Below are positions 62,771-64,000 of a stretch of 64,000 bases of DNA, piece after piece. Each line of letters opens with the position of its first letter. Within the stretch, counting starts at the first letter, position 1. The position numbers and the translations under genes were made by a program. Where the stretch lies: contig NC_042998.1 of assembly GCF_006345805.1 (NCBI RefSeq), positions 159,898,001-159,962,000 on the forward strand, read 5' to 3'. The notes beneath the pieces were generated by a model. It saw only the letters and a list, made by a program, of their open reading frames with translations. It ran no database searches and was not told the origin of the DNA. This DNA is from Octopus sinensis (lineage: Eukaryota).

Positions 62771-63891
62771 AGGATCTTTTCGGTTTGAACGGCAGTTTGT
62801 AACATAATTTCTAGGAAACTAAAAGATTTTAAACTTCGTATACTGGTAGAATGTGTTTATAAAACATCATTTTTTTTCTTGGCTTTATTGAGAAAATTCT
62901 ATAGTTTGTAAGATATTTCATCTGAAAATCCGAGCATTTCGGCAATTTTAACCAATCGATTACCTCTATTCAACTAAAATCATTTGCTGCGTCTAAAACT
63001 GAGACAGCATCCTGTAACTAACCTAACCCTAATTTTTTTTTCTTAATTGTTACGAGTGTGAAAAAACCCGAAAGCAATGGAAAATGATTTAAACAATTAA
63101 CAAACAAAATAATTCTATAATTTTATACACACGCTTTCCGTACGTATACGGAAAACGTGTGTATAAAACCCGAAAGCAATGGAAAATGATTTAAACAATT
63201 AACAAACAAAATAATTCTATAATTTTATACACACGCTTTCCGGAAAGTGTATAAAATTATAGAATTATTTTGTTTGTTAATTGTTTAAATCATTTTCCAT
63301 TGCTTTCGGGGTTTTTTACACGCGTAACAATTAAATTAATTTAACAATTAAGAAAAAAAAAATTAGGGTTAGGGTTAGGTTGAGGGGTAATGTCTCAGTT
63401 TTAGACGCAGCAAATGATTTTAGCTCAAAAGAGAGCATAGGATTAGTTAAAATTCGAAAAATTAAACTACGTTAAACAAACAAATTACAATTTTCTCAAG
63501 AAAGCCAAGAGAAAAAAATGTTTTATTTTGACACATTCGACCAGTATACGAAGTTTTAAAGTGTTTAGTTAAGTAGAAATTGTCTGCCATTCAAAAGGAA
63601 AAGATCCGTATCTTTTTATCACAAATGTAAATAAACCCAATCTTTTCTTAAACGAGGGACATATTGATGACGCACAGAATGATTTCACCTCAATGGACGG
63701 TCAGCGATTGGTTAAAATTGCCGAAATGCAAGAAATTTTAGACGAAATATGTTACAAACTATAGAATCTTCTCAATAAAGCCAAGAGAAAATGATGTTCT
63801 ATAAACACATTCTACCAGTATACGAAGTTTAAAATTTTTTAGTTACCTAGAAATTATGTTACAAACTGCTGTTCAAACCGAAAAGATCCAA
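62771..63891. mobile_element. large palindromic/foldback non-autonomous DNA element (Kolobok-like ends)
   Basis: about 190-bp TIRs starting AGGATCTTTTCGGTTTGAAC after TTAA; CCTAACCCTAA subterminal motifs; inner perfect inverted arms. Confidence 0.7.
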
Positions 63892-64000
63892 TTTAAAAGT
63901 ATTCGTCCAACGAATATTTCGAATTTATGACGATATTCAAGTGTTTCAAATTTTTTCATGCAGCCTAAATTTAGGGGAAAAAAATTCTGAATTAAATTAA

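Noticed and set aside
63361-63380. TTAGGGTTAGGGTTAGG telomere-like repeat
   Set aside because: Only about 2.5 units and part of the palindromic element's subterminal motif, not an interstitial telomere

Overview
AT-rich, repeat-dominated animal genomic DNA. The SINE families, RTE tails and dense (TA)n/(CA)n/(TAGA)n microsatellites resemble octopod cephalopod (Octopus-like) sequence; this is inference, no database search was run. No host gene can be confidently assembled, only isolated candidate exons. Main contents: (1) a young, near-intact Ty3/Gypsy LTR retrotransposon (45117-50165; 417-bp LTRs, 4-bp CCTC TSD, tRNA-Trp-like PBS, PPT, short Gag, -1 frameshift signal, intact 1086-codon Pol ORF) inserted antisense inside a fossil Mutator (MULE) transposase. 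(2) A 5'-truncated Neptune-type Penelope-like element (RT + GIY-YIG, 35431-36710) with an inverted pseudo-LTR. (3) Several decayed Tc1/mariner and hAT transposons, a Helitron split by a SINE and an RTE LINE, CR1-like, RTE-X-like and R4/Dong LINE fragments, and many SINEs and MITEs. The most notable non-ORF signal is a set of type I hammerhead ribozyme motifs from about four unrelated repeat families. They include a spacer-less 273-bp palindrome with one hammerhead on each strand (38523-38795) and a 340-bp tandem repeat with a hammerhead-like motif per unit (retrozyme-like). There is also a 1.1-kb nested palindromic element and an apparent CpG-retaining domain at about 43.5-55.7 kb.
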